DNA of 64,000 bases from the IMG/VR virus record IMGVR_UViG_3300009551_000042. The stretch is one strand, 5' to 3'. Shown here piece by piece: positions 15,871 to 25,690 of the stretch. A model generated the notes under the pieces. That model saw only the letters and a list, made by a program, of their open reading frames with translations. It made no database searches and had not been told where the DNA came from. The stretch is from a virus. Taxonomy: Duplodnaviria; Heunggongvirae; Uroviricota; Caudoviricetes. Each line of letters begins with the position of its first letter. The first letter of the stretch is position 1. Made by a program: the position numbers and the translations under genes.

Positions 15871-16020
15871 TTACGGTTCTAGGCAACCCTTGTCGCTGTA
15901 GAGGTGCACCGCGTGACTGCGCGAAGCGCAGTCATCAGAGGCGACGCTATAGAGCAGCGCGCAGGCCGCGAAAACAATCACGCCAATCGACAGCAACCAA
16001 AGATAATGCTTGTTCACCAT
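15871..16020 (-). CDS. small membrane protein, 49 aa
   Basis: GGGAGGATGAA RBS; MVNKHYLWLLSIGVIVFAACALLY...; below the ORF-track length cut-off. Confidence 0.45.
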   Translation of the reverse strand: MVNKHYLWLLSIGVIVFAACALLYSVASDDCASRSHAVHLYSDKGCLEP

Positions 16021-16042
16021 TTCATCCTCCCTATTGGTTCGC

Positions 16043-16336
16043 TTACACCGATCGCTGGCTACGTTGGTTGGAGTTCTTGAGCGGGTCGAAACCGCACCAC
16101 GGGCAGGCGCTCAGCGGCCCATGGTCGCCGCGCATGCGGCAAGTCTCCGGCGTCACGTTGATGTATTCGATCGCGCGATCGAATCGCTCCAGCGCATCTT
16201 CCAGCCTTTCATCGGCGCGTCGAAGCTGTGCCTCGCTGCGTTCGCGCTGCTCGGGCGTGAGCGCCCCCAATGCTGCTGCGCAAGCCGCGCGCGCTTCCCG
16301 TGTCAGCTGCTTGGCGCGCTCGATAACCTCGCTCAC
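16043..16336 (-). CDS. hypothetical protein
   Basis: GTGA start/stop coupling to the upstream gene; the longer Arg-rich N-terminus in the ORF track is rejected. Confidence 0.5.
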   Translation of the reverse strand: MSEVIERAKQLTREARAACAAALGALTPEQRERSEAQLRRADERLEDALERFDRAIEYINVTPETCRMRGDHGPLSACPWCGFDPLKNSNQRSQRSV

Positions 16337-16545
16337 GGTTTGACCTGCTTGATAGGCTGACAGCCGCTCGTGAGCTTTTCTTCGAGCGCTTTCGAGACGA
16401 GCAGCGTGCCGCCGGACAGCACCGCGTGCACGATGACGCCGTCTTCCGTGTGGCTCTCGAACGGTAGCATCTGAGGCGCTGGCGCCCATGGCGTACCCAT
16501 CAACACCATGCCTTGCGCCGCTTGGTCTGTAATCTCTTTCAGCAT
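16333..16545 (-). CDS. hypothetical protein
   Basis: ORF 70 aa, operon spacing. Confidence 0.5.
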   Translation of the reverse strand: MLKEITDQAAQGMVLMGTPWAPAPQMLPFESHTEDGVIVHAVLSGGTLLVSKALEEKLTSGCQPIKQVKP

Positions 16546-16555
16546 GAGCGTCCTT

Positions 16556-16786
16556 TCACGAGCGCCTGACTACCTCACCACCGCGCTTCCAAGGTCCAAC
16601 TCCCGCCGCAGCTCCACTGTGTTCACCGTAGAAATCCGTTTCAATCCCGCGCTTACGTCTTGGGCGAGAGAAACCTTTGAACCAGTCATAGAACCTGCGA
16701 ATACAAGGTCCGCAAACGACAACGCGCTCGGAATACCAAGCGCCTGTGCTCACGTGATAAGGGCCACCGCAAAGAAAACAGGCCAC
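16556..16786 (-). CDS. zinc-ribbon protein (CxxC-N17-CxxC)
   Basis: CFLCGG...CGPC; GTG start lies inside the T-tail of the hairpin at 16779-16812, so uncertain. Confidence 0.35.
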   Translation of the reverse strand: MACFLCGGPYHVSTGAWYSERVVVCGPCIRRFYDWFKGFSRPRRKRGIETDFYGEHSGAAAGVGPWKRGGEVVRRS

Positions 16787-16812
16787 GCTCCGCGGAGGAT
16801 GGCGGAGCGTGG
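16779..16812. terminator. 13-bp perfect hairpin ggccacgctccgc-ggaggatg-gcggagcgtggcc with T-tract on the minus side
   Basis: Seen directly; sits between minus-strand genes 16823-17233 and 16556-16786. Confidence 0.45.
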
Positions 16813-16822
16813 CCTTTGGGTA

Positions 16823-17233
16823 CTAGCGCGTCGGGTCGTGCTGCGCGGTGTAAGAATCTGCCGGAGGGTGGATCGCGCGATAGGCCGCGCTCATGCGGTA
16901 CATGATGCGGCCACGCTTAGCCTCCGTGTCAAAGGGCTCACCGATGCGACCTGGCAAATCAGGCAAACGATAGGATGCGCCGTGGTTGAGAACGGAAAGC
17001 ACAGTTCGCGGGGAAGCCTGTTGAAGGGTCTGGATTAGCTCGCCCTTCTCACGCGGCCAGGCGTCCAGCTCCGCCTGCGTCCATTTCGCCTCCGTCCCAT
17101 CGTTCTCGTCGGGATAAAGGACGATGCATTCTGTGATGATATGCCCTGCACGGGTCTGCGCTACCGCTTCATCGGCGCGCCTGTGCGCCTTGTCCACCCG
17201 CGCGATCTCTTCCTTGGTCGGTGTCGTCATCAC
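16823..17233 (-). CDS. hypothetical protein
   Basis: ORF 136 aa. Confidence 0.6.
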   Translation of the reverse strand: MMTTPTKEEIARVDKAHRRADEAVAQTRAGHIITECIVLYPDENDGTEAKWTQAELDAWPREKGELIQTLQQASPRTVLSVLNHGASYRLPDLPGRIGEPFDTEAKRGRIMYRMSAAYRAIHPPADSYTAQHDPTR

Positions 17234-17469
17234 CTGTCCTTTCGGCCTAGAGCCGAGAACAACGGCTAGCAGGACTAGGCATAGGCTTCAAGATCCTTTA
17301 TTACTTTCGGCGTGGCCACATGCACATGACCAAGACCAAGATCGCCGAGACTGCAAAAACCAGCCAATCCGACCCTGATAGTGGGATCACCTCTCGCGGC
17401 ACCACCGTCTCATCGATGCTCTCCATGCACAACGCGCCTACCAGCGGCAGGCATGAACCGCAAGCGTCT

Positions 17470-18468
17470 TTATGCCCGGAGCTGGCTAGAGCTGATATCC
17501 CAGCGCCCCTCAAGGGGCTCCAGGTTGTAGATGACACCGGATTCCGGAACCGCCGCGATAGCCTCTTCGGCGCTGACCCAGCGCCCGTTGACCTCGCGTC
17601 CAACAATCTTCAAGGTCGTGTCATTGTCGGCGAGCTTGCGTAGGAGGTCCATCGGGTCAGGACCCCACTTCGGGTCGAGCATCCGAAGGAAGGCGTCTGC
17701 ACCGATGACGATTGCACGACGCGGAAACGCATTGGACTTATCCAGATAGAGCGGCATACCCGACGTGAACAGACGGTCTCTGCGGTGCAGCATCTTGGCT
17801 CGCTGCACCATCTCAGCCAGCGCTAGCGGTGGCTTGTGCGGCGTGGTCGCTTCGATCCAGTGAATCGCGTTGACCGATTCGGCGATAGCCAGGTGTCCCT
17901 GATGCGGCGGATTGAAGGCACCTGGGTATAGCGCGCGATGCGCTGGTGGTGTGGCGTGGCGTGTACCATCGGCTGCCCAGTAGGAGCGACCTAGAAAGAG
18001 ACTAAGCGCGTGTCCCGTGACCTCACCGGACAGAGGGCGCCCGCGATCGAGTAGCATCTTGATCACTGAGTCCGCATGCCGTCCCTGCCACTCGCGAGCC
18101 TTTGCGCCGTGCTCATTCTCGTAGCCGTAGTGGTACGCCCTGACGCCCTCCGCCGTCATCAGGGCAACATGGATGCGGTTCTCGCCCTTGCGCGGCTTAG
18201 CGCTCGCCACAGCGCCGCTGAGCCCTACCCCAACCGCGTCAGTCCCGGGCTGCCATGCGCGATAGTAGGCCATCATCGCCATCTCGATCGATGTATCCTC
18301 ACAGCACGCTCGCTCCGGCGCGAAGCCTAAAAAGTCCTCTAGCTGATCGTGACCGTACGGGAAGCAGGCCCCGGCGAAGTAGGCGGAGCAGCCGGGCACA
18401 CGCCAAATGTCGGCCTGTGCTCCGGCTCCTGCACCCGTTGCCGCAATGTAGATGCGGCGCTTACTCAC
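17470..18468 (-). CDS. nicotinamide-nucleotide adenylyltransferase (NMNAT, C-terminal HxGH nucleotidyltransferase domain) with N-terminal domain of unknown function
   Basis: GAFNPPHQGHL (H/T)xGH motif in C-terminal half; 4-nt overlap with the NAMPT gene. Confidence 0.65.
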   Translation of the reverse strand: MSKRRIYIAATGAGAGAQADIWRVPGCSAYFAGACFPYGHDQLEDFLGFAPERACCEDTSIEMAMMAYYRAWQPGTDAVGVGLSGAVASAKPRKGENRIHVALMTAEGVRAYHYGYENEHGAKAREWQGRHADSVIKMLLDRGRPLSGEVTGHALSLFLGRSYWAADGTRHATPPAHRALYPGAFNPPHQGHLAIAESVNAIHWIEATTPHKPPLALAEMVQRAKMLHRRDRLFTSGMPLYLDKSNAFPRRAIVIGADAFLRMLDPKWGPDPMDLLRKLADNDTTLKIVGREVNGRWVSAEEAIAAVPESGVIYNLEPLEGRWDISSSQLRA

Positions 18469-19862
18469 GCTGCCAAGCTCCTGTCCGCGTTGGCGCGAAC
18501 CTCGTCGAGGGTGAACGTGCGCTTGAGTTCGCCGTTTTCGAAGACGGTCTGCAACTCATCTCGCAGCTGGGTCGGTTGCTGAACTGTCGTATAAGCACCG
18601 GTCTGCGCGTTGCGCACGAGAGACAAGCGGCCCCATTTGCTTCGCTTCCCCGGGTCCGTGACAGGGTCCTTAGCGATCGGACGCGATACGCCGTTGACCG
18701 TTACCTCGCTCGGCTTGAACGCAAACTTCTGCGTGTCGCGGTCGACCTTCTGTAGCAACGCGCCGCCCATACCGAACGCGATGTTTGACGCACTGTAGCC
18801 ATTGGCCTTCATGACGAGGAGGATCTCAGTGATGGAGTCGTGATTGACGCCGTCGCCCTGGATCACGCGGAGCCACTTCGGGAGCAGCTTGTAGCCGCGC
18901 ATGTTCATCGGCGCGCCGACCTTGCGCTCCAGGATCTGAAGCGTCTTCAGCACGACGTCCGGCGGGTGACCCGAGTCCGGGCGAACCACGAGAGTGGCGC
19001 CGCTGCGCTCGATGTCCTCGCGAAGCTCACCGCCCCACACGTTCTCCAGCACGTTCCACAGGTCGTAACTGTCCGAGACGCACGCGAACAGAGAGCCAGG
19101 CTTGGCGAACTGTTTGACGACGTTGCGGTATGCATCGAGCTCGCCGTCTCGTCCCCAGCTGATGATCGTGCTGTGCTCGGTCGCCGGGATCGAGAACGCC
19201 GGCATGCCGTTAGCGGTGCCGTAGAAGCGGCGCGCTGCCAGAATGCCTTCCACTGTGTCTGAGCCCTGGAAGTTCACCAGGTGCGCCATGCCGCCAAGCT
19301 CGGCGGATTCCGCGCTCGACACTCCGCGGGCCCCGAAGTCGTGAAGCTTGAACGGCAGCTCGGCCAAGGGCGCGTCGCTGGTCTCGTTCAGGTATTCCAG
19401 GATCGTCCGCTTGATGTAGTGCGATTGCGTGGCAACCGTGGTCGGATACCAAATCGCGCGCAGCAGAACGGTCTCGAGGTACGAGGGGAGCCAGAAGAAC
19501 TCTGGATCCGTCGACTCGACGGACATCAGGATGTTGTGCGTCGGAACGACGGTGCCCTCGGCTACCGCCTTGATGCGCAGCGGCAGCGTCCCGCCGTGCT
19601 TATCAACGAGACGCAACCAAGCCGCACGGTCGAACGGCTCACCGTGCGCCGCGAAGAACTCTGCAGCCTCCCGAACGTCGTCGACAGTTAGAACGGCGCC
19701 GCTGAGGTACGCCTTTAGGAAGGCCTGGAGACCGAAGAAAACAGTCGATCCGTACTTGCCGCCGCGACTCTCCAGGTAGCTGTAAAGCCCCGTGGTCCCC
19801 GGCGGGAACAGACCGATGTGTGATGGCTTGTATGAATCAGTAGCTAGACACAGATTGCGCAT
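18465..19862 (-). CDS. nadV: nicotinamide phosphoribosyltransferase (NAMPT/NadV)
   Basis: 465 aa; characteristic type II phosphoribosyltransferase blocks (GYRGVSS-like, DSGHPPDVV). Confidence 0.8.
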   Translation of the reverse strand: MRNLCLATDSYKPSHIGLFPPGTTGLYSYLESRGGKYGSTVFFGLQAFLKAYLSGAVLTVDDVREAAEFFAAHGEPFDRAAWLRLVDKHGGTLPLRIKAVAEGTVVPTHNILMSVESTDPEFFWLPSYLETVLLRAIWYPTTVATQSHYIKRTILEYLNETSDAPLAELPFKLHDFGARGVSSAESAELGGMAHLVNFQGSDTVEGILAARRFYGTANGMPAFSIPATEHSTIISWGRDGELDAYRNVVKQFAKPGSLFACVSDSYDLWNVLENVWGGELREDIERSGATLVVRPDSGHPPDVVLKTLQILERKVGAPMNMRGYKLLPKWLRVIQGDGVNHDSITEILLVMKANGYSASNIAFGMGGALLQKVDRDTQKFAFKPSEVTVNGVSRPIAKDPVTDPGKRSKWGRLSLVRNAQTGAYTTVQQPTQLRDELQTVFENGELKRTFTLDEVRANADRSLAA

Positions 19863-20370
19863 GCCCCGGTGTTAAAGCCGGGGCAGCGTTCATCACTAGA
19901 ACAGGCGCCGCGTCTTGCTCAAGCGCGCTACGCAAGATCTCGACATGATCGAAAGCCAGTCTCCCGGGTTCGAACAGGTCGCCTGTCATCTCCACCCATT
20001 CAGCTGCGGCAGCGTCGTCACCGGCTTTGATGATGATCGGGCCCTCGTAGTCATCGAGCGAAGCCACGAAAGCCACGCTCACGACCCAGCCACGCGGATC
20101 CCTTCCGGGCGTCGTGAACGCCCGGACCTGTACGAGAGAAGCGGCGCGGTGGTAGACGTCATTGACGACAAGGCGTAGCCCGGTCTCTTCCTCCAGCTCC
20201 CGCTGGGCCGCCTCCTCCGCGCTCTCACCCTCGTTCACGTAGCCGCCAGGCAGCGCCCACATGCCCTTGAACGGCTCGTCGCGGCGCTTGATGAGCAGCA
20301 CGCGCGAGCCGTCCAAGACCACGCAATCGACAGTCAGCGCCGGGCGCGGATAGTCGTAGGTATGCTTCAC
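19837..20370 (-). CDS. NUDIX hydrolase
   Basis: Nudix box GGYVNEGESAEEAAQRELEEETGL. Confidence 0.75.
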   Translation of the reverse strand: MKHTYDYPRPALTVDCVVLDGSRVLLIKRRDEPFKGMWALPGGYVNEGESAEEAAQRELEEETGLRLVVNDVYHRAASLVQVRAFTTPGRDPRGWVVSVAFVASLDDYEGPIIIKAGDDAAAAEWVEMTGDLFEPGRLAFDHVEILRSALEQDAAPVLVMNAAPALTPGHAQSVSSY

Positions 20371-20705
20371 GCCTGGGCTCGTGGGGGTTGAGGCTGCTGC
20401 TTGCCGTTAGGCTTGGCTGCGCCATTGGTCGCGGGCGCTGGTGGCGGCACATCCGCCGGGCGTGCGTCAGCGCGCGCCTTTTCCGTCTCCCCCCTCTTGG
20501 TTTCCTCGTCGCTCTCAGGGAGAACGAGATCGCCCATCTTGGATCGAAGCTTGATCATCTGCATGACAGGGTCGGGAATCTTTTCGATGAATTCCTGACG
20601 CTTCTTGGCGATGGCCTTCTCTTGTTCGTCGAACTTGGCGATTTGCTCTTCGACGTATGCGCAGTAGGCGTAGATTTCTTTCGGTTGCTGTTTCGGTCGT
20701 GCCAT
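20367..20705 (-). CDS. hypothetical protein
   Basis: ORF 112 aa, 4-nt overlap with the Nudix gene. Confidence 0.55.
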   Translation of the reverse strand: MARPKQQPKEIYAYCAYVEEQIAKFDEQEKAIAKKRQEFIEKIPDPVMQMIKLRSKMGDLVLPESDEETKRGETEKARADARPADVPPPAPATNGAAKPNGKQQPQPPRAQA

Positions 20706-20794
20706 TTTTGGGTGTCCCTTCCAAAAGTCAGCCCCAACGGGCCTGAGTAATAGATACCATAGCCAGACTATTACTCAAGCCCGACGAGCTACTT

Positions 20795-21196
20795 TCAGAA
20801 CGGAATGTCGTCGTCACCAGCGGGCGGTGCCGGGGCGTCATCCGACCCTGAGCTACCCTTTCCACCACCGCAGAGCACCACATTCGAGGCGTTAACCTCG
20901 GTCTTGTAGCGCTTGTTTCCGTCCTTATCGTCATACGACGACGTACGGTTCGACCCCTCGACCAGGATCCTGGAACCCTTGGTTAGGAACTTGGACAGGG
21001 CCTCGGCGCGCTTGCCCCAGAGGGTAACCGAATGCCATTCGGTCCGTTCGGTGCGTGGGCCGCCATCCTTACCGGGGATGGATTCCGTGGTCGCTAAGCG
21101 CATGTTGAGGACGGAATTCCCGTTGCTCGTCACGCGCAACTCGGGATCCGCCCCCAGGTTGCCTAGCAATGTTACTCGATTCAAACCTTCAGCCAT
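20795..21196 (-). CDS. ssb: single-stranded DNA-binding protein
   Basis: OB-fold-like N-terminus, Gly-rich linker, acidic C-terminal tail DDDIPF. Confidence 0.8.
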   Translation of the reverse strand: MAEGLNRVTLLGNLGADPELRVTSNGNSVLNMRLATTESIPGKDGGPRTERTEWHSVTLWGKRAEALSKFLTKGSRILVEGSNRTSSYDDKDGNKRYKTEVNASNVVLCGGGKGSSGSDDAPAPPAGDDDIPF

Positions 21197-21213
21197 TCTT
21201 TACTTTCCTGCTT

Positions 21214-21954
21214 TTATTCGGCCGCAATTGGCCAGAGTTCTTCTAGATTGACCGGCGCATCGTCCAGCAACGTGGCGAGCTTCACGGCCATCGTTGGATC
21301 CCATGCCCGGATCGAGTCCAGGATCTTGTGCGAGATGCCGCGGATGGACAGGATCTCCTCGTCGGCAGCCGCGCGGATCCCGTCGATGGTGCCGAACTTG
21401 CGCAGCAACGCACCAGCCTTGGCTGGCCCAATCAGAGGACAGCCTTCGATGTTGTCGGCGTTGTCGCCGCAGAGCGCCAGATAGTCGCGGATCTGGTTCG
21501 GTTGGACGCCGAACTTCTCAACGCACTTCGCTTCGTTCACCAGGCCACGGCGGTTCGTGAGCCACACCGTTTCGCACACGAGCGCGTACAGGTCTTTGTC
21601 CTCGACGATCAGCTGTACATCTTCCGGCCACGCCTGCCGAACAAGCGTGGCCATCAGATCGTCGGCCTCGTAACCCTCACATTCGACGACAGGAAGCCCG
21701 AGCAGCTGGCACTGTTCTTTGACTGACTGCAATGCGTCGACCGCGTCTTGCGGCTTCGGTGGGCGGTTGCCCTTGTATTCAGGAGACCACACACAGCGGA
21801 GCAACCTCGGCCCGTCGCAGAGGATGGCGAGACGTTCGGACCGTCCCCTATAAAATAGGATGCTGTCCATCGTGCGCTCGTAAGCCTCAAGGGCTGACTT
21901 GCGCACGAAGTAGTTTCGCCAAAACTCTGCTGACAGGTCGAAGAGTGTGATCAT
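21214..21954 (-). CDS. 5'-3' exonuclease / flap endonuclease (Pol I N-terminal-like)
   Basis: EGYEADDLMATL metal site and H3TH GDNADNIEGCPLIGPAKAGALLRKFG. Confidence 0.8.
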   Translation of the reverse strand: MITLFDLSAEFWRNYFVRKSALEAYERTMDSILFYRGRSERLAILCDGPRLLRCVWSPEYKGNRPPKPQDAVDALQSVKEQCQLLGLPVVECEGYEADDLMATLVRQAWPEDVQLIVEDKDLYALVCETVWLTNRRGLVNEAKCVEKFGVQPNQIRDYLALCGDNADNIEGCPLIGPAKAGALLRKFGTIDGIRAAADEEILSIRGISHKILDSIRAWDPTMAVKLATLLDDAPVNLEELWPIAAE

Positions 21955-21957
21955 TTT

Positions 21958-22086
21958 TCAGGATGCCCAATGCAGGTGAACGAACACCCACCACACAAGT
22001 TCAATCAGCTTCCAAAGCCCGAGCGGCACGAAGACCACCACGAGACCGAGCAGCATCTTGAAGAGCTGTTCAAGCCCATCGAACAT
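21958..22086 (-). CDS. 42-aa membrane peptide
   Basis: MFDGLEQLFKMLLGLVVVFVPLGLWKLIELVWWVFVHLHWAS, strongly hydrophobic, GC3-rich, 12 nt after the ATPase stop; preferred over the antisense His-rich ORF 21970-22152. Confidence 0.4.
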   Translation of the reverse strand: MFDGLEQLFKMLLGLVVVFVPLGLWKLIELVWWVFVHLHWAS

Positions 22087-22097
22087 CCCGGGCCCCA

Positions 22098-23000
22098 TCA
22101 CGCCGCCTTGAGACGGTTGGTAGCCGACTCCAGAGCTGCCCGCACAACCTGAACACTGCTGCCCAGCTGGTCGCGCTTGCTCGTTGCGTCGGCCTTCACG
22201 GCGTTGACCTCGTCGAGCGACGTAGCGGCCTCAAGGCGCGCCACCAGCTCGCCGGCAACGTCGTTAGCCGGAGGGACGGATGCAGCCGGGATCTCGCGCT
22301 TCGGTGCGCCGCTGTTGAGCCACGCCAGCAGCGTGTCGGCAACATCCTTGCCCGGCTTGCGGTACACCTTGCCGTCGAGCGCTTCGACGCGCGTCTTTCC
22401 GATCGCGAGATCGTGCTCGATCGTCAACATACCTTCGACGTCCATCTCGTATTGGAAGCCGTCACGCATCTCCGGCGCGAGCCCGAGCTTCGTGACCTTG
22501 CCGCCTTCCTTGCTGTACTCCTGCTTCGCGCGCAGCGTGATGATCACGTGCGCATTGCAATTCAGGATCGCCGCAACGAACTTCTTGTAGATCGGGTCGA
22601 CGATCTTCCAAGCGTTGAAGCTGTCGCCCTTGCCACCTTGAGCGCGCTGGCGCTTGACCTCGTTGTCGATCAGCTCAAGGAAGCCGCCGGAGCCATTCCA
22701 GAAGTGGCTACCGGAATCGATGATGATCACGTCATAGCCAGCGGCCGCGCCGGCTTCTAGGAACTCGCAAGCCTTGTCGGGGTGGAAATTCCCCTCGAAC
22801 TCGTGCACGTCGAAGTTGAACTTATCGCCGTACTTGCTTGCGGACTTCGTCTCGGTGTCACCCAGCAAGATGCGCTGCCCAAGGTGGGCCGCTATGCTGA
22901 GCGCAGAGAAAGTCTTCCCCGAGCCGCTCGGCCCGTGGATCGCCATTCTGAGTTTTGATTGTTCTTTGGTTGCCTTTTTGAATTCGAATTTCGTCGACAT
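22098..23000 (-). CDS. RecA-fold ATPase (Sak4-like ssDNA annealing/recombination ATPase)
   Basis: Walker A GPSGSGKT, Walker B VIIID; ~300 aa phage-type. Confidence 0.65.
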   Translation of the reverse strand: MSTKFEFKKATKEQSKLRMAIHGPSGSGKTFSALSIAAHLGQRILLGDTETKSASKYGDKFNFDVHEFEGNFHPDKACEFLEAGAAAGYDVIIIDSGSHFWNGSGGFLELIDNEVKRQRAQGGKGDSFNAWKIVDPIYKKFVAAILNCNAHVIITLRAKQEYSKEGGKVTKLGLAPEMRDGFQYEMDVEGMLTIEHDLAIGKTRVEALDGKVYRKPGKDVADTLLAWLNSGAPKREIPAASVPPANDVAGELVARLEAATSLDEVNAVKADATSKRDQLGSSVQVVRAALESATNRLKAA

Positions 23001-23033
23001 GCCCCCGGTGTAACGGGGGTGGTGAGTTCGGTG

Positions 23034-23573
23034 CTAGAGCCGCATGTCGTAGGGACACAGCCACACTCGAGGATCTGATGTCCTCTGCATTCTGTGTTGA
23101 ATTGAGGAGATCGAAACTCCGGCGAGTCGCGCCATTTCTTTTGTCGTTAGCATTACACCATAAACATCATGAACCTTTTGGGATCCGCCATGAGCGACAT
23201 TAGAGCCGCAGCCAGAGGCGCAACTTTTATGGCGCCGCGCGCGAAGCTCAGCGGCTCTCAACTCCTTTTCTTGCCCGCAATCGCACCTGCACAAATAGAC
23301 TCTTCCATTAGCAGCTGACGATACCCGCGCAACCACCAAGAGTTGGCCGTACCTGTTGTCAGTTAAGTCCTCCATCCGGTGAGATGGATCGCCACAACTT
23401 TTCGTTCCGCTACTGTTGCCTTTGACAAGATCACGTCCGGCAACTTCTTTTATGGCTCCACAGATGCACCGGCATATCCATTTCCGGCGACCGTCGTTGG
23501 TCTTATTGTCGCTCGCCGAAAGAACGGTCAATAGCCCATATACGTTGCCAGTTATGTCAGCATGTTTACCCAA
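23034..23573 (-). CDS. DNA-binding protein with two zinc-ribbon repeats and C-terminal HTH
   Basis: Duplicated YG(L/Q)L(T/L)V...W(I/L)CRC.CG units; C-terminal TKEMARLAGVSISSIQHRMQ. Confidence 0.5.
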   Translation of the reverse strand: MGKHADITGNVYGLLTVLSASDNKTNDGRRKWICRCICGAIKEVAGRDLVKGNSSGTKSCGDPSHRMEDLTDNRYGQLLVVARVSSAANGRVYLCRCDCGQEKELRAAELRARRHKSCASGCGSNVAHGGSQKVHDVYGVMLTTKEMARLAGVSISSIQHRMQRTSDPRVWLCPYDMRL

Positions 23574-24890
23574 TCGGCACCAGCCCCCTTCTGCTTCGCG
23601 AACTCCACGAGCCGTGTGCGAAACGAACGGTACGCTTCTAGTTTTTCTTCGTTCTCATCTGGCACTGGCAACGCCGCCGGGAATGAGTAGTCACACTCTG
23701 AGCAAACCAGCGCGCCAGCTGGCACGTTGAAGTTGCATTCCGGGCACACCTTCCAGGGTGCGACCGATTCCCCGTTCCCCGACTCGCGTCCTGTAACGAG
23801 CTTCCATTCACGCTCATCAGTCGGCAAGCCGAAGCCGCGCCTTAGACATGCCCCTACGTGATCCAACAGGATAGGCCGCTGGCCTCGATATGGACGCTCG
23901 AAACGCCCTGTCATTTGAAGGTAATAGGTCAGGCTGCGCGTTGGTCTCGCAATCACTACGCACTTGCACACCGGCATATCCCAACCCTCGGTGAGCACCG
24001 CGACGTTTACGATAACGTGGATTTCTTTCTTCTCGAACCGCCGCAGGATTTCGGTGCGCTCCGCTTGCGGCGTATCGCCAAGCAGAACGGCGCACGAGAT
24101 GCGAGCGCGTTTGAGCTGCCTGGCGATGTGCTCCGCGTGCATTCTGCCCACTGCGAAAACCACCGTTTGTAGGTTCATCGCGTGGCGCCGGACCTCATTT
24201 ACGATGGTTCCCACCAAGCTACGCTTGTTGACGCGGGCCTCTAGCTCACGCAACGAGTAGTCACCTTGACTCAGACGCAGGCCCTTCAGTTCAGGCCGCT
24301 CGCGCTCCGGAACAGTATAAGCGCGCGGCTCAACTATGAATCCTCCTGCGATCAGCTCGCTCGGTTTGGCAATGACGTATAGCTCCTCGTAGAAGTCGCC
24401 CAGCCCGCGCCCGTCGAAGCGGATAGGTGTAGCTGTCAGCCCGAGGTGACGCGCCTCGGGGTAGTCGGTGAGCAGCGTTTGGTAGGAGTCAGCCATGGTG
24501 CGGTGGCACTCATCGACGATCACGAGGTCAGCCGGTGGCCTCGCCTCGCGAGCGATCAGCGTCTGAATACCGCAGACCTGGACAGCGGCGTCTGGGTTGA
24601 CTCTCTCGCGACCGGACGCCAGCACGGCGTCGCTTCCCATGATAACGCCGAGGTCGACGAGTCCTACGCCGCCACGGCGAATCTGCTCGAAGGCCTGGAT
24701 TGCAAGCTCTCGGCGATGCACCACAAACAGCACGCGCTTCCCACGCTTTACATAGTCGGCAATGATACGCGCCGCGATCACCGTCTTGCCGCAACCGGTA
24801 GGACCGGTCATGCACAAGCGCTTAGCTTTGGACCTTTTGAAATGCGTAAAGGCGCGTTCCTGGTAATCGCGCACCTGCAGCTTTTTCACC
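23552..24890 (-). CDS. SF2 DEAD/DEAH-box helicase with C-terminal zinc ribbon
   Basis: Walker A TGPTGCGKT, DECH box, CPECNF...CSECDY ribbon; start reassigned to GTG 24890 (GGAGG RBS, GTGA coupling). Confidence 0.75.
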
Positions 24891-25095
24891 GCGGCGCCTC
24901 CACCACGCAAAGACACCGACCCTCCAGCAACTCCGCGTGCTCGCCGGTTGCACACTTCTTCGCCTCGCACTCGTTGGTGTTCCGAAACGCTAGCCATGCG
25001 GTGATGGCAACAGCGATGAAGAACACCAGGCAGCCTACGGGGCTACGGGGGCTGAAGATCAGCGCCACGTCCAGCACGTCACCGTCATCGATCAT
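24886..25095 (-). CDS. small membrane protein
   Basis: TM LVFFIAVAITAWLAF; GTGA coupling to the helicase and ATGA coupling to the upstream gene. Confidence 0.45.
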   Translation of the reverse strand: MIDDGDVLDVALIFSPRSPVGCLVFFIAVAITAWLAFRNTNECEAKKCATGEHAELLEGRCLCVVEAPR

Positions 25096-25676
25096 TTGCT
25101 AAACCTCTCGTCGAGCTTGCCTACGCGGCCAGGAGGCACCACACCATCGGGCCACAAATGCGGGTTTGGACCGAGTCCAGCGACGTAGAGCCACTCATCG
25201 ATCTCGTGCGCGACCAGCTCGATCATCAGCCGTCGCGCCTCACGGACCGCTTCCTCGGCGGTGTCTACGTACTTACCTCCGCCGCGCAGGAGAATTTCCT
25301 GCGTGTGCAGACCGCCAGTTAGCGGGGTCGGCTTCACGCTAACTGAGACGCAGACATAAGTCTTCTCGTACGGAATGAACGAAGGCATCCCTAGCGCCGT
25401 GTGGAATCGGAGGTCACGCAAGGAAAGCGTGATCTCATCCAGCGCTTTACTTACTGCTGCTAAGCGCTCGTCGATAGGCGGAGCTGCGTAGCCACCGATC
25501 GTAACGGTCTCGAATTTCAACTCAGTGAGCCGGCCTCCGAAGTCGTGAAGCTTCGGAAAGTCCAGCTTGTCTGACTCGGTCGGTTGCGGTGGAGCTGGCT
25601 CCTTTGCAGCTGCCTTGCGCTTCACCTGCCGCAAGCGCTCACGCTCGCGCCACCGCTCGTCATGCTTGCTCAGCAT
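25092..25676 (-). CDS. hypothetical protein
   Basis: ORF 194 aa. Confidence 0.6.
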   Translation of the reverse strand: MLSKHDERWRERERLRQVKRKAAAKEPAPPQPTESDKLDFPKLHDFGGRLTELKFETVTIGGYAAPPIDERLAAVSKALDEITLSLRDLRFHTALGMPSFIPYEKTYVCVSVSVKPTPLTGGLHTQEILLRGGGKYVDTAEEAVREARRLMIELVAHEIDEWLYVAGLGPNPHLWPDGVVPPGRVGKLDERFSK

Positions 25677-25690
25677 TCAAAACCTCCGGG

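Noticed and set aside
16508-17038. 176-aa plus-strand ORF
   Set aside because: Antisense to a better minus-strand gene (16823-17233) and reads through a strong hairpin terminator.
21970-22152. 60-aa His-rich plus-strand ORF
   Set aside because: Lies antisense in an all-minus operon; the minus-strand 42-aa TM peptide in the same interval is more plausible.
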